DNA of 63,602 nucleotides, counting the filler, from Reclinomonas americana ATCC 50394 (Eukaryota), in NCBI GenBank assembly GCA_048213135.1. It is 18 parts of 18 records of this genome, joined end to end, with 100 filler letters (N's around TTAATTAATTAA, not from the genome) between each part and the next. Parts side by side here need not be neighbours in the genome. Positions count along the whole stretch, not along the records: positions 48,878 to 50,393 come from AFZH01022266.1; positions 50,494 to 51,666 come from AFZH01022268.1; positions 51,767 to 56,188 come from AFZH01022269.1; positions 56,289 to 59,833 come from AFZH01022270.1; positions 59,934 to 62,039 come from AFZH01022271.1; 13 more parts are not named here. One strand, given 5' to 3'. Within the stretch, counting starts at the first letter, position 1, and each line of letters begins with the position of its first letter. The notes below the pieces were generated by a model. It saw only the letters and a list, made by a program, of their open reading frames with translations. It made no database searches and had not been told where the DNA came from. Shown one piece after another: positions 50,291 to 61,512 of this stretch. Both the position numbers and the translations under genes were made by a program.

Positions 50291-50393
50291 TGTCAATGCG
50301 TAAAATGACCCCTTCGAGTGGGGAGGGCTGGATCGGCTACAGTTTGAAAATCGCCCAACATCGTCTGCGACAACGGTTGGAGGCAGAATTGGC
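50290..50393 (+). CDS. MarR-family regulator, N-terminal fragment
   Basis: IGYSLKIAQHRLRQRLEAELA is a typical MarR first helix. Divergent from the VOC gene and truncated by a gap. Confidence 0.7.
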
Positions 50394-50678
50394 NNNNNNN
50401 NNNNNNNNNNNNNNNNNNNNNNNNNNNNNNNNNNNNNTTAATTAATTAANNNNNNNNNNNNNNNNNNNNNNNNNNNNNNNNNNNNNNNNNNNNGGCAGTG
50501 CCCTTGAAGGATGCGGCGATGCGTTTCACTGCGGTCGAAGCCATTTGGCTCGCGGCTCGATCGCATGGGCGAGCCGTTCGACCGAGCAAGTCGACGATCA
50601 ATAGACACATCTCGAAGGGCGGCTGAATTGCTACGCGTCGTAATCACGCAGTCGCGCTCTGGCACTAAAGGCCCTCGT

Positions 50679-51455
50679 TCATCGCTCCATAAGATCGAGC
50701 AACTGCGGCGCGATGGCCTCGCGGCTTCGGCCGATGTGAATGGCCGTGATCCCAAGACGTTCTGCTCCGGCGACGTCGGTCTCGCGATTGTCGCCGACCA
50801 TCACGGCGTCTGCGGGAGCGACACCTTCAAGCGCGCGGCGGAACATCTCCAGCGAAGGCTTTCCGATGATTGTCACGGTCGCCCGCGGCACGGCTGCTCG
50901 CAGTGCCGCCAGGAGTGTTCCGGTCTCGATCAAAGGCGTACCTGCGCGATCGGGACGCCAGCGGTCGGGATTGGCGACGATGACCGGCACGCCGCGATGA
51001 GCCGCGGTAATCACCTGCTGGAGCCGCTCGATGTCGAGCATGGGATTGTTGCACAGCACAACGACATCGGGCCTGGCATCGGTCAGGTGGAGGCCCAATG
51101 CCTCGGCCTGTCTGCGGATCGCCGGCGTGGCGACTGCGAGCACTCGCAAGCCTGAATAGTGGTCGCGAGTATAGGCGAGCGCCATTTCGCCAGCAAGGAA
51201 GCAGCGCGCTGCGGGCACATCCAGGCCCAGGGTGCCGAGATAGGCCGAGAGCGCCGCTGCCGTCATGGTCGAATTGTTGGTCACGAGCCGCAACCGGTCG
51301 CCATGACGGGCGACAAACGCCGCTGCGCCAGCGCATAGTGCGTCGCTCTCGACGAGGCAGCCATCGACATCACAGAGCACGAGCTTGGCACGATCGAGCT
51401 GCGTCCTCGCGGTCGCCAGCAAGTCGCCGTGTGTCGCCGAGTAGGGGACGATCAT
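50679..51455 (-). CDS. HAD-IIA family phosphatase
   Basis: DVDGCL, VTNNS, NPD, IIGKP and MVGDNRETDVAGA motifs. Confidence 0.9.
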   Translation of the reverse strand: MIVPYSATHGDLLATARTQLDRAKLVLCDVDGCLVESDALCAGAAAFVARHGDRLRLVTNNSTMTAAALSAYLGTLGLDVPAARCFLAGEMALAYTRDHYSGLRVLAVATPAIRRQAEALGLHLTDARPDVVVLCNNPMLDIERLQQVITAAHRGVPVIVANPDRWRPDRAGTPLIETGTLLAALRAAVPRATVTIIGKPSLEMFRRALEGVAPADAVMVGDNRETDVAGAERLGITAIHIGRSREAIAPQLLDLMER

Positions 51456-52362
51456 TCGACCCTCATGCCCAGCGCGTAGCTTCTTCCCGCCGTTTCCTCG
51501 GCGGTCAGCGAAAAGCGCGAGCCATGGTCGAGAAACGCGACCGCGTGGACGACGATACGATCCTCCGCGATCAGGGCGACATTGTAACCGGGCGGTTCGC
51601 GGCTCCCGACGATATCGCCGACGTCCTCGCCTCCCTCGATGCGCAACTGTCCGTCCAGCGAGAGCTNNNNNNNNNNNNNNNNNNNNNNNNNNNNNNNNNN
51701 NNNNNNNNNNTTAATTAATTAANNNNNNNNNNNNNNNNNNNNNNNNNNNNNNNNNNNNNNNNNNNNCCGGTGCAGATGACCGAAGAAGATCGGTGCCGGA
51801 TGCGCTCGCGATGGGGCACCACGACCGATGCAAAAGCCTCGGCATCGGCGAGCGCGATGGCGTCCATGGCCGGAACGCCGACTGCGAAGGGCGGGTGATG
51901 CATGAAGATCAGGACATCGCCCGGCGCCTCGGCCAGGGCCTGCGCGAGCCAGGCGCGCCTTCGCTCGCAATAGGCCCCGGCATGACTGCCGGGCGAGGCG
52001 GTGTCGAGAAACAGGCAGGTCAGGTCGCCGAGAACGCGTTGGCCTTGGACGAAGCCATCCGCATCGACCATCGCGGGTGAGATCACCGCCTTGAACGACT
52101 CCCGGTCGTCGTGATTGCCGATCATCAAGATGGTCGGCAGCGGGCAGCCTGCCCAGACGCTGGCAAATGCCGCGTAGGCATTCCGCTCCCCCCAATGCGC
52201 GAGATCGCCCGTCACCACACACAGCGCCGCATCGTCGTGGCGCAGGGCGATGTCGGCGACGGCGCGCGCGAGACGATCGCGCGGATCGAGGCCATAAAGC
52301 GTGTGAGGGGCAGCCACGACATGGGTGTCGCTGACATGGACGATCTTGATCACGGGCGGCAT
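51452..52362 (-). CDS. Metallophosphoesterase/phosphodiesterase (CpdA/GpdQ-like), split by gap 51667-51766
   Basis: VSDTH, TGDLAH, GNHD, MHHPP and FFGHLHR motifs, the last with a small frameshift near the contig end. C-terminal SREPPGYNV..VVH segment lies after the gap. Confidence 0.85.
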
Positions 52363-52389
52363 TTGCAGAATCCGGGGGAAGAGCAAAGA

Positions 52390-52414
52390 GGCCGGCGGAC
52401 GAAGTCCGCCGGCC
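52390..52414 (-). terminator. Intra-operon hairpin after the solute-binding protein gene
   Basis: GGCCGGCGGAC-GAA-GTCCGCCGGCC perfect inverted repeat. Confidence 0.65.
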
Positions 52415-52430
52415 CGAGGAGGTCTGGAAG

Positions 52431-53702
52431 TCACTTGCCTACGGGCAGGAGAGCCTGGGTGTCGCGGGCCATCTCGGTGAGGACTTCGTTGGCCTGCGCC
52501 GTGCGCTTGCCGTCCATCACCGACTGGAGATGATCCTTGATCACATCGGTGATCTTCAGGCCGTTGTCGCCTGGAAAGGCGTACCAGTTGGTCAGATAGG
52601 GCAGCTGCGCGAGCGCGGTGTACTGGTTGGGATTGCGCTTGTAGAAATCGGCAAGATGGTCGGCGGCTTTCGCGTTGGGGGCCATGTAGCCCGTGGTCTC
52701 GACCATGCCGGCGCCGCCGCGCGGACCGGTCCAGTACTTGACCACTTCCCAGGCCGCCTTGCGCTTTTCGGCCGAGGTCGCCGTGATCATCATCACATTG
52801 CCGCCGGCCGGCAGGCGGGACATGCCCGGCGTCAGGCCCGGAAAGAGCGACGTCTTCATGGTGAACCGGTCGCCGATCTGGCGGGTGAAGGCGTTCACAT
52901 AAGCCGTCGTCGTCAGCAACACGCCGACCTGACCGGCCGCGAAGGCGGTCCGCATGTCGTTGCCGGAGATGTTGGGCGTCTTCGTCTCGGTCACCAGGCG
53001 GGCAAGCGTGCCGATCGCCTTGCGGCCGGCTGCGTCATCGAATGCCACCTTCGTCTCGCCAGCGTCCATCATGGCGCCGCCGTTTTCGAAGACCAGCGCC
53101 TGAAACAGCCAGTTGCCGGAGATCGACCACTCCGCCGCGATGCCGTGGACGCCGGGGCGCAGGCCCTCGATCTTCGCGGCCAGGCTGATCACGCCATCCC
53201 AGCTGGTCGGCAGCGCGGCGGGGTCGCCTCCGGCGGCCTTGACCAGATCCAGGTTGAAATAGGCGATCGGCAGAGACACGGCGAAAGGCAGGCCATAGAC
53301 CTTGCCGCCGATCGAGCCGGCGTCCCGCATGGCCTTATGGAAGCCCTGCGCCTCGAAATCCGCCTCGGCCTTGATGAAATCGTCGAGAGGGGCGGCGACC
53401 TGCTTGTCGGCAAGCGCGCGGACACGGTTCAAGCCCTGGAAGGTGATGTCGGGCGTCGTGCCCGTGACCGCTTCGCGCAGGATGCGCTGCGTGGCGTCCT
53501 CATAATCCTTGTAAGGCGCGCGGAAGGTGACCTTGATCCCCGGATGCGTCTTGGCGAATTCCTCGGCGAGGCGGCTATGGGTCTCCTTGAAGACGTCGCC
53601 GTAAGGATATTGGACGACGATCTCGGTTACCGGCTGAGCCGCGGCCGGGAGCGTGAAGGCGAGAGCCAGGGCGAGCGCCCGGCATGAGTGTTTCGCAAGC
53701 AT
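52431..53702 (-). CDS. ABC transporter solute-binding protein, family 1 (UgpB-like)
   Basis: Signal peptide, YGLPFAVSLPIAYFN, AAWEVVKYW and TGYMAPN. Confidence 0.9.
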   Translation of the reverse strand: MLAKHSCRALALALAFTLPAAAQPVTEIVVQYPYGDVFKETHSRLAEEFAKTHPGIKVTFRAPYKDYEDATQRILREAVTGTTPDITFQGLNRVRALADKQVAAPLDDFIKAEADFEAQGFHKAMRDAGSIGGKVYGLPFAVSLPIAYFNLDLVKAAGGDPAALPTSWDGVISLAAKIEGLRPGVHGIAAEWSISGNWLFQALVFENGGAMMDAGETKVAFDDAAGRKAIGTLARLVTETKTPNISGNDMRTAFAAGQVGVLLTTTAYVNAFTRQIGDRFTMKTSLFPGLTPGMSRLPAGGNVMMITATSAEKRKAAWEVVKYWTGPRGGAGMVETTGYMAPNAKAADHLADFYKRNPNQYTALAQLPYLTNWYAFPGDNGLKITDVIKDHLQSVMDGKRTAQANEVLTEMARDTQALLPVGK

Positions 53703-53763
53703 TGATAGGTCCAGTTCTGGAGGGGAAATCGACCACCGCGCCCACGGCGGATCGGGTGGAAAG

Positions 53764-54612
53764 TCACTTGATGCCGCTGAAGGCGATGCCTTCGATGAAA
53801 CGGCGTTGGGCGAGCAGGAAGGAGGCGACGAGCGGCAGGACGATGATCGTCGCCGCAGCCATCAGGGGGCCGTAATGGGTGCCGGCATCGTCATTTCGGA
53901 ACGCGACGACCCCGAGCGGTGGCGTGAACAGGGCGTCGCTCGACACGGCGATCAGCGGCCAGAAATAGTCGTTCCAATGCGCGACCACCGAGAAGACCGC
54001 GAAGGACGAGATCGCCGGCAGCGCGGCGGGCGCCATGACCCGCCAGACAATGGCGAATTCCGACATCCCATCCATCCGGGCCGCATCGACGAGGTCGCTC
54101 GGCACGCTGAGAAAGAACTGCCGCATCAGGAAGATGCCGAAAACCGAGATCGAGAACGGCGTGACCAGAGCTGCGTATGTGTCGAGCAGACCGGCGGCAT
54201 GCAGGCTCACGAAGAGCGGCACCGCGATGACGTGGTAGGGCACCAGCAGCCCGAACAGCACGATCGCAAACAATGCCTTGCGCCCGCGGAACTCGGATTT
54301 CGCCAGGGCAAAAGCCGCAGGCAGCGCAACCACCAGCTGGAGGATCAGGATCGTCGCGGTGACGAGGGCCCCGTTCAGAAGATAGCGGCCGAGCGGGGCC
54401 ATCCGGAAAGCCGCGCCATAGTTCTCGGCTGCCGAGAAATTGCGCGGCCACCAGTGGATGTCGGCCACCAGGATCTCGTCGGGCCCCTTGAGCGAGGTCG
54501 AGACCATCCACAGAAAGGGAAGCAACGTCAGGGTGGCGAGCACGAGAAGCGTCGCGTGACGCAGGACGGGGCCGAGCACCGACCGCCGCCGCTTGGAATG
54601 GCGGGCGGTCAT
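53764..54612 (-). CDS. CUT1 ABC permease (UgpE/MalG-like)
   Basis: IFLMRQFF..DAARMDG EAA loop and WNDYFWPL. Confidence 0.92.
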   Translation of the reverse strand: MTARHSKRRRSVLGPVLRHATLLVLATLTLLPFLWMVSTSLKGPDEILVADIHWWPRNFSAAENYGAAFRMAPLGRYLLNGALVTATILILQLVVALPAAFALAKSEFRGRKALFAIVLFGLLVPYHVIAVPLFVSLHAAGLLDTYAALVTPFSISVFGIFLMRQFFLSVPSDLVDAARMDGMSEFAIVWRVMAPAALPAISSFAVFSVVAHWNDYFWPLIAVSSDALFTPPLGVVAFRNDDAGTHYGPLMAAATIIVLPLVASFLLAQRRFIEGIAFSGIK

Positions 54613-55541
54613 TGGCTGTGAATCCTCTTCTCGGCGATGAAAACCTTGGCCAGCGTCAGCATCAGCATGGCCGTGACGAAGACGACCGCGATGGCGGCGG
54701 CATAGCCGGTGCGGAAGAATTCGAAGCCCTCGGCATACATCGTGTAGAGCAGCACCTCCGTTGCCTTATTGGGGCCGCCCTTGGTCAGTGCATGGACGGT
54801 GTCGAAGACCTGGAAGGACCGGATCGTCGAGATCACCACGACAAACAGCGTCACGGGCGCCAGCAGCGGCCAGGTGACGAGCTGGAAACGGTCCCAGGCC
54901 AGCGCGGCGCCATCCATCTCGGCCGCGTCATGCAGCGATTGCGGGATGCCGGAGAGTCCCGCGAGAAACAGAACCATGTTGAAGCCGAACTGCTGCCAGA
55001 TGCCGATGACGGCGAGCACGCCGAGCGCGGTGTCGCCATTCTGAAGCCAGTTGACCGGGGCGAAACCGACAAGGCCCAGCGCGGCGTTGATGAGGCCGAA
55101 TGTCGGATGGAGCATGAACTCCCAGACGATCGCCATGGCGATCAGCGAGCCCATGACCGGCAGGAAGAACACGGTGCGCCAGACCTGCGTCAGGAGGCTC
55201 GACCGACCCAGCATCAGCGCCACGCCCAGACCGAGCCCGGTCGATCCCAGAACGACGATGGCCGCATAGGTCGCCGTGTTGCCGACCGAACGCCAGAAGA
55301 CGTGATCGTTCGCCAAAGCCGCGTAGTTGGCCGCCCCGACATAGCTCCACGCCTTGGCGCCCAGTTGATAGTCGGTAAAAGACAACCCGAGCACGGCGGC
55401 GAGCGGCATGATGAGCAGCAGCAGGATAAGCGATGCCGCCGGCGCGACGAGGAACCAGGAGGCGACCTCCTCATGCGGCCGGCGCCGTTTGGCGGTCGCT
55501 GGATGCGGGCTAGCGCCTGGGGTGAGGACGGCACTGGTCAT
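54609..55541 (-). CDS. CUT1 ABC permease (UgpA/MalF-like)
   Basis: [25 protein letters not shown] and TKGGP. Confidence 0.92.
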   Translation of the reverse strand: MTSAVLTPGASPHPATAKRRRPHEEVASWFLVAPAASLILLLLIMPLAAVLGLSFTDYQLGAKAWSYVGAANYAALANDHVFWRSVGNTATYAAIVVLGSTGLGLGVALMLGRSSLLTQVWRTVFFLPVMGSLIAMAIVWEFMLHPTFGLINAALGLVGFAPVNWLQNGDTALGVLAVIGIWQQFGFNMVLFLAGLSGIPQSLHDAAEMDGAALAWDRFQLVTWPLLAPVTLFVVVISTIRSFQVFDTVHALTKGGPNKATEVLLYTMYAEGFEFFRTGYAAAIAVVFVTAMLMLTLAKVFIAEKRIHSQ

Positions 55542-56188
55542 GCCGCCCTCCTCATGAGCGGTGCGCGCAGCCTCACGCCCGCGCCATCGAAGGCCAGGAG
55601 GCGTTCGGGCGGGACCACGATGCCGCAGCGTTCTTCCAGACGCAGGCGGGGCGCATGGGGATCTCGCCGCACGATGATCGGCGCCGCCTGTCCTTCGATC
55701 GCCAGATGGACGTGGAGGTCGGCTCCAAGATTTTCCAGGTGTACGATCAGCCCGACGAGGCCACCTTCGGTGGGATCGACCAATGTGGCCGCCTCGGCCC
55801 GGAAGGCGAGGCGCAGCCCCGGCACCAGCGCCATGGCGGAATCGTCGAGGCGAGCGGCTAGGGCCCGCGCCGCATCCGCTCCGGCGACATTGATCTTCGG
55901 GCTGCCGATGAACTCCGCGACGCGCAGATCGGAAGGATCGGCATAAATCTCCTCGGGGGATCCGACCTGAATCAACTGCCCGTCCATCATGACCGCGATG
56001 CGGTCCGCCATCGTCATGGCCTCGGCCTGGTCATGCGTGACGTAGACGAAGGTGGTTTCGAGCCGGCGGTGAAGCCGCACGATTTCGCTTCGCATCTCGA
56101 CGCGCAGCTTGGCGTCCAGGTTCGACAGAGGCTCATCCATCAGGAAAGCCTTGGGTGCGCGCACCATCGCCCGGCCGAGCGCCACGCG
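55538..56188 (-). CDS. ABC ATPase (UgpC/MalK-like), 5'-truncated
   Basis: [15 protein letters not shown] and [16 protein letters not shown]. Confidence 0.92.
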   Translation of the reverse strand, partial: RVALGRAMVRAPKAFLMDEPLSNLDAKLRVEMRSEIVRLHRRLETTFVYVTHDQAEAMTMADRIAVMMDGQLIQVGSPEEIYADPSDLRVAEFIGSPKINVAGADAARALAARLDDSAMALVPGLRLAFRAEAATLVDPTEGGLVGLIVHLENLGADLHVHLAIEGQAAPIIVRRDPHAPRLRLEERCGIVVPPERLLAFDGAGVRLRAPLMRRAA

Positions 56189-56288
56189 NNNNNNNNNNNN
56201 NNNNNNNNNNNNNNNNNNNNNNNNNNNNNNNNTTAATTAATTAANNNNNNNNNNNNNNNNNNNNNNNNNNNNNNNNNNNNNNNNNNNN

Positions 56289-57030
56289 TGTCCTTGCGCA
56301 GGATGGCTTGGAGGGAATCGAAATCCGCGCGGGTTGCCGTCCAGGCGTCATAAGCCTCGCCTGCATCGTTCGGGCGGACGGTGAAGAAGTTGCGCCCTGT
56401 GCTGGCTTCGAATACCGGAATAGCATCCGGCAGCGCGATGCCGTTTTCGCCGGCAATGCGATAGGCTTCGGCCGCGATCATCAGCGTGGTGATGCCCACA
56501 AGATTGTTGACGATCTTGGTCGCCTGCCCCGCTCCAAGTGGGCCGCAATGGAAGATGCTGCTGCCCATGGACTGCATCAGGGGGCGCAGTTCCGCGCAAT
56601 CCTCAGCACGCCCTCCCATGATGATGGCGAGGGTCCCATCGCGAGCCTTCAAGGCTCCGCCGCTGATGGGGGCATCGACGACCCGCACGCCGTCAGGTTC
56701 AAGTTCCTGCGCGAGCTCGCGCATGGTTTCGGGAGCGATCGTCCCCATGATGACGAGGATCGGCTTGCGGCCGTTGAGCCCGCTGCGCAGGCCGCCTTCC
56801 CCCAGCACGACGGAGCGAGCCTGCTCGGGGGTCGCGACCAGGATGATGGCTGCGTCGCAGCCAGCGCAGTCGGCGGCGCGTTCAACGCAGTTGACGCCCA
56901 GCGCGGCGAACGGCGCGCGGGCTGCTTCGCTGCGGTCGCAGACCGTAAGGGCGAAGCCCGCCTTATGGATGTTCATGGCCATCGGAGCACCCATGGCTCC
57001 GACGCCGATGACGGCGACTGAATTGATCAT
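56289..57030 (-). CDS. NAD(P)-dependent beta-hydroxyacid (3-hydroxyisobutyrate DH family) dehydrogenase, 3'-truncated
   Basis: IGVGAMGAPMA, DAPISGG and GAGQATKIVNN. Confidence 0.9.
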
Positions 57031-57040
57031 GGGTTGCGCC

Positions 57041-57793
57041 TCAGGAAATGGTCACGCCGCTGTCGACAGAGATGACCTGGCCCGTGACCACGCGGGCTTC
57101 ATCACTGCCGAGGTAGACCGCCATGTCGGCGATATCGAGCGGCCGACAGGGGCCGAGAAGGTGCTGGCCGGCGAGACGCCGCAACTCCTCTCGCTCCTGC
57201 AACAGCGCTTCGGCACGCGGTGTCAGAACGAGGCCGGGCGCAATCGCGTTCACGCGAATGTTGTCAGGCGCGTATTCGACGGCCATCGAACGGGTCATCG
57301 CCGCGACGCCACCTTTGGCCGCGGTGTAACAATCGCGCTCCGGCAGAGCCATCAAGGCGACCATCGACGAGAGATTGACCACGGCGCCGCCGCCCGAACG
57401 AACCATCTCGGGGATCGCATATTTGGAGCACAAGAACGTGCCGTAGAGATCGAGCTTGATGACGCGCCAGAACTCCTCGTCCGGCGCCTCCGTCACACGC
57501 GCATCGGCTGAGCTGGATCCGCCGGCGATGTTGCAGAGGATGTCGAGCCTGCCGAACTCCGACACGGTCTTCGCCATCGCGGCCTTGACCTGTTCGGGGT
57601 CGGTGATGTCGCACACGAGCGCTAGCCCATTCTCGCCCGCCACGGCCTCTTCCAAGGTTTCATCGAGCGCAGGCCCGCTGATATCGGCCGCGACGATGCG
57701 GGCCCCCTCGGCAATGTAGCGGGCGCAAGTCGAGCGTCCGATGCCGCCAGCAGCACCGGTAATGAAAGCAACTTTGCCGGACAGCCTTGCCAT
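57041..57793 (-). CDS. SDR oxidoreductase
   Basis: TGAAGGIG, YTAAKGG and IRVNAIAPG. ATG at 57793 after GGAGG RBS. Confidence 0.92.
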   Translation of the reverse strand: MARLSGKVAFITGAAGGIGRSTCARYIAEGARIVAADISGPALDETLEEAVAGENGLALVCDITDPEQVKAAMAKTVSEFGRLDILCNIAGGSSSADARVTEAPDEEFWRVIKLDLYGTFLCSKYAIPEMVRSGGGAVVNLSSMVALMALPERDCYTAAKGGVAAMTRSMAVEYAPDNIRVNAIAPGLVLTPRAEALLQEREELRRLAGQHLLGPCRPLDIADMAVYLGSDEARVVTGQVISVDSGVTIS

Positions 57794-57806
57794 GTCGTCC
57801 TCCTGT

Positions 57807-59833
57807 TCAGACCATCCAGCCGGCGCGTTCGCCGTCGAGAATGGCGATGTCCACCTGACGCGGGGCCACGGCATCACCGACGAGCTGGACCTCCAGGTCA
57901 TTCCCCGCCAGTTCGGAAGCCAGGCTGGCGTTCGCGCTATTGCCCATGGCGAGAATGACCGGGCCGGCGTGCTCGATTTCGCTGAACGCGCCGCCGAAGC
58001 GGTCCTCGCAGATCAGGCGCCGTTCCTCGATTGCGGTGACGAAGCGCGTCGGCAGGACCTGGATCCCCAGAGCAGCCAGACGCCGGTACAGCGCGGGCGC
58101 ATGATGGACAGGCAAATCCGCGCCGGCGTGCATGTGCGGTGTGACGATGGTGACGGCATGCCCCAACTCGGCCAACTTCTCCGCGGCAGCTGTTCCGGAG
58201 AGATGTGGATCGTCCTCGATCACAATGACCGGGCCGTTGAAGCTCTCAGGTTGAAGAAATGCGTCCCAGACGGTTCGGACGCGCGGGAGTTCGGCGCCGG
58301 GAATGCCGGAAGCCCCGGGCCTCAGCGAACTGTACCCGTCGCGGCGTGGCGACGAGCCTGTCGCAAGGACAACGGCTTCGAAAGCGCCGTTCGCCAAGGT
58401 CGTCCGGTCCGCCTCGGCATTCAACCGGATGTCGACCTGCAGCCTCTCCAGCATCTCGATCTGCCAGCGGTGAATCTCTGCGAAGCCGCGCCGCGACGTG
58501 ATCTCGCTGGTCATGAGGTTCTGACCGCCGAGCCGATTGCTGCGCTCGAACAGCGTCACGCGATGTCCGCGCTCGGCGGCGACACGCGCGGCTGCCAGTC
58601 CTGCGGGGCCACCACCCACAACCGCCACGCGCTTCGATCGCGGCGCAGGACGCATGGTCCCGATTCCAATCTGGGCTTCCCGGCCGACTGCGGGGTTGTG
58701 GACGCAGCCAACGCCGCGCCCGCGATCGAGGCCGACGATGCAGGACTGGTTCGAGTAGGTGCAGATGCGGATGCTCTCGCGGTCCCCTCTGGCCGCCTTC
58801 AGCGGCAACTCGGGATCAGAGATCAGCGCGCGGGCCATGCCGATGAAGTCGGCGCTGCCGGATGCGAGCACCGCCTCGGCCGCTTCCGGAGTCGCGATAC
58901 GGGAGCTGACGCAAACCGGGAGGCCATCTACGGCCTGCCGAATGGCTCCCGCCTCGTCAGCAAACTGAGCTTCCGGCGCAGTGATGTCTGCGATCCAGCC
59001 GGGATAATGGAGGGAGGTCAGCCCGCTGACATTCAGATAGCTGATGCCTTCCGTCCGAAGACGCGCGGCGATCGCGGTGGCATCGGCAAGCTGAAGTCCA
59101 CCCGGAACATCATCCCTGCCGTTTACCCGGGCGCCGATAAGGAAATTCGGGCCGACCGCGGCTCGGATTGCTCGAAGCCCTTCGAGCAGGAAGCGCATGC
59201 GGTTTTCGAGGGAGCCGCCGTAGTGGTCTGTCCGCTTGTTGGTCGCCGGCGACAGGAATTCGTGCAGCAGGTAGCCTTGAGCCGCAAAAAGCTCGACTCC
59301 GTCGGCGCCCGCCTCCTGCATGTTCAGGGCAGCCTCGACCATTGTCGCAACGTATTCAGCGATGTCCTGTTCGCTCATCTCCTTTGGGATCTCGCCGGTT
59401 CGCGGACACGGCAGCGGCGATGGAGCAAATAGCGGGATGCCGAACTGGGTTGTGCCTGGTGACCGCAATTGGCGGCCGCTCATGTTGAGCTGCGAGACGA
59501 AGCAGGCTCCCTCGGATTTAATCGCCGAGATCATGCGTTGGTAATGCGGCTGCAGACCGCGATCGTTGGCCAGGTCCAGCCCACCGAGTGCCGTCGTTTC
59601 GAGCGCGCCGCCCCAACTCGCGGTTTGGCGCCAGGACGGCGGCATCAGAAAGTTGGACATGACAATGAGGCCGGCGCCGCCCTTCGCGCGCTCGACATGG
59701 TAGGCGATCGTGCGCTCGATCGCGGAGCCGTAGCCGGCGCCGAACATCACCGCATGCGGCATCATCGCAATGCGATTGCGCAACGTGACGTGGCCGAGAG
59801 CGAGCGGGCTCAGCAGCCTCTCGTAGCCGGCGG
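57807..59833 (-). CDS. Old-yellow-enzyme family NADH:flavin oxidoreductase with FAD/Fe-S domain (5'-truncated)
   Basis: RAKGGAGL, GADGVELFAAQGYLLHEFLSP, NKRTDHYGGSLENRMRF, CTYSNQSC..C, VVGGGPAG. Confidence 0.9.
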
Positions 59834-59933
59834 NNNNNNNNNNNNNNNNNNNNNNNNNNNNNNNNNNNNNNNNNNNNTTAATTAATTAANNNNNNNNNNN
59901 NNNNNNNNNNNNNNNNNNNNNNNNNNNNNNNNN

Positions 59934-60036
59934 GCGCTCTCCGCTCGCGGAAGGAGTCGAGACCTTCATGCGGGTCGGGACCTGAGAACCCAAGCATCTC
60001 CAATGCGAGAGAGGCATCGAAGGTCGGGCCGGCCAT

Positions 60037-60069
<33 letters not shown>

Positions 60070-60717
60070 CTGGATGGCGGAAGGCGCCCCCTCTGCAAGC
60101 CTCGTGGCCACGGCGAGCGCCTTCTCCTGCAGCTCTTCTTCGTCGACTGCGAGCGCGACGAGTCCGAGTTGCTCGGCCTTCTCACCGCTCACGGGTTCGT
60201 TGAGCAGGAGATGATACTTGGCCTTGGCCATGCCGCAGAGCAGCGGCCAGATGATTGCGGCATGGTCGCCCGCGGCAACGCCAAGCCGAACATGGCCGTC
60301 GACCAGCTTGGCATTCTTGGCAGCGATCGGAATGTCGGAAACCAGGGCCGCGGCAAGACCGGCACCGACGGCCGCTCCTTGAATGGCCGAAACGATCGGC
60401 TTCGAGCAGTTGACGATGTTGTAGACGAGGTCTCTCGCCTCCCGCCACATATTGGCGCGTTCCTCGAAGCTCTGCGTCAGCTTTTTCACGACCTCGAAGT
60501 CGCCGCCGGCAGAAAACGCCTTCCCCTTGGCGCAGAGCAGGACGGCCAGCGTTTCGCGATCTCGATCGACAACCCGCCAGATGTCGGCCAGCTCGCGATG
60601 GGCGTCGGCGCCGAGCGAGTTCAAGCTTTCCGGGCGGTTCAGCGTCAGACGCAGCACACCTGGAGCGGGCCGGTCGCAGAGGATCGAGGGAAAGGCGGAA
60701 TAGGCTTCTAGTGTCAT
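59934..60717 (-). CDS. Enoyl-CoA hydratase/isomerase (3'-truncated)
   Basis: [18 protein letters not shown] and [18 protein letters not shown] at 60717 after GGAGG. Confidence 0.9.
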
Positions 60718-60728
60718 GCTGCCTCCGG

Positions 60729-61508
60729 TCAGATCGAGCGGCGCGACGTGATGCCGCCATCGACGGTGATGATTGTGCCGGACGTGTAGGCGGAGCGCGG
60801 CGAGGCGAGGAACGCGAAGAGGTCGGCCACCTCGCGCACGCTCGCTGCGCGGCCAAGCGGATAGGCCGCCAGCAGTTCGATGTAGCGGCTCTCGTCGTCC
60901 CACTGCTCGCGGGCACGCTTCTTCATGATGTTGACGATCCGGTCCGTGGCGACGGGGCCGGGATTGATGCCGAGGACGCGGATGCCGTCATCGAGGCTGC
61001 GGCCACCGAGCGCCCGGGAGAAAGTCATCAGGGCAGCGTTGCCGGTCGAACCCGCGATGTAGCGGAAATCGGTGTTCTCGCCGCCATTGCCGATATTGTT
61101 CAGGATGACGCCGCCTCCAGCCGCCTTCATCGCTGCGTAGAATTCGCGGCAAAGGTCGATGTAGCCGAAGACCTTCACCTCCCAGCCTTCGCGCCAGCGC
61201 ACTCCGTCGACCTGCCAGAGATCGCCGCCTGGAATGGCTCCGGCATTGTTGACCAGCACATCAACACGCCCGGCGGCCTTCCCGATCGCCTCAGCGGCCC
61301 CCTTCGCGGCAATGTCCTGCTCCTGAACCACCACCGTGATGCCGTGCTGATCGCGCAGGCGTTCGGCAAGCCTGGTGAGCTTGTCGCCCGAACGCGCGAC
61401 GAGATGCAGGTTGCAACCCTCCTCTGCGAAGACCTCGGCCAGCCCTTCGCCGATGCCCTGAGAGGCACCGGTGATCACGACTTTCTGGCCGCGCAATTGC
61501 AGATCCAT
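60729..61508 (-). CDS. SDR oxidoreductase
   Basis: MDLQLRGQKVVITGASQGIG, VNNAGA and INPGPV. Own ATG at 61508. Confidence 0.9.
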   Translation of the reverse strand: MDLQLRGQKVVITGASQGIGEGLAEVFAEEGCNLHLVARSGDKLTRLAERLRDQHGITVVVQEQDIAAKGAAEAIGKAAGRVDVLVNNAGAIPGGDLWQVDGVRWREGWEVKVFGYIDLCREFYAAMKAAGGGVILNNIGNGGENTDFRYIAGSTGNAALMTFSRALGGRSLDDGIRVLGINPGPVATDRIVNIMKKRAREQWDDESRYIELLAAYPLGRAASVREVADLFAFLASPRSAYTSGTIITVDGGITSRRSI

Positions 61509-61512
61509 GGCT

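Noticed and set aside
52530..59432. Long + strand ORFs (52530-53687, 54612-55946, 57741-59432)
   Set aside because: Antisense shadows of well-supported minus-strand genes in high-GC DNA.
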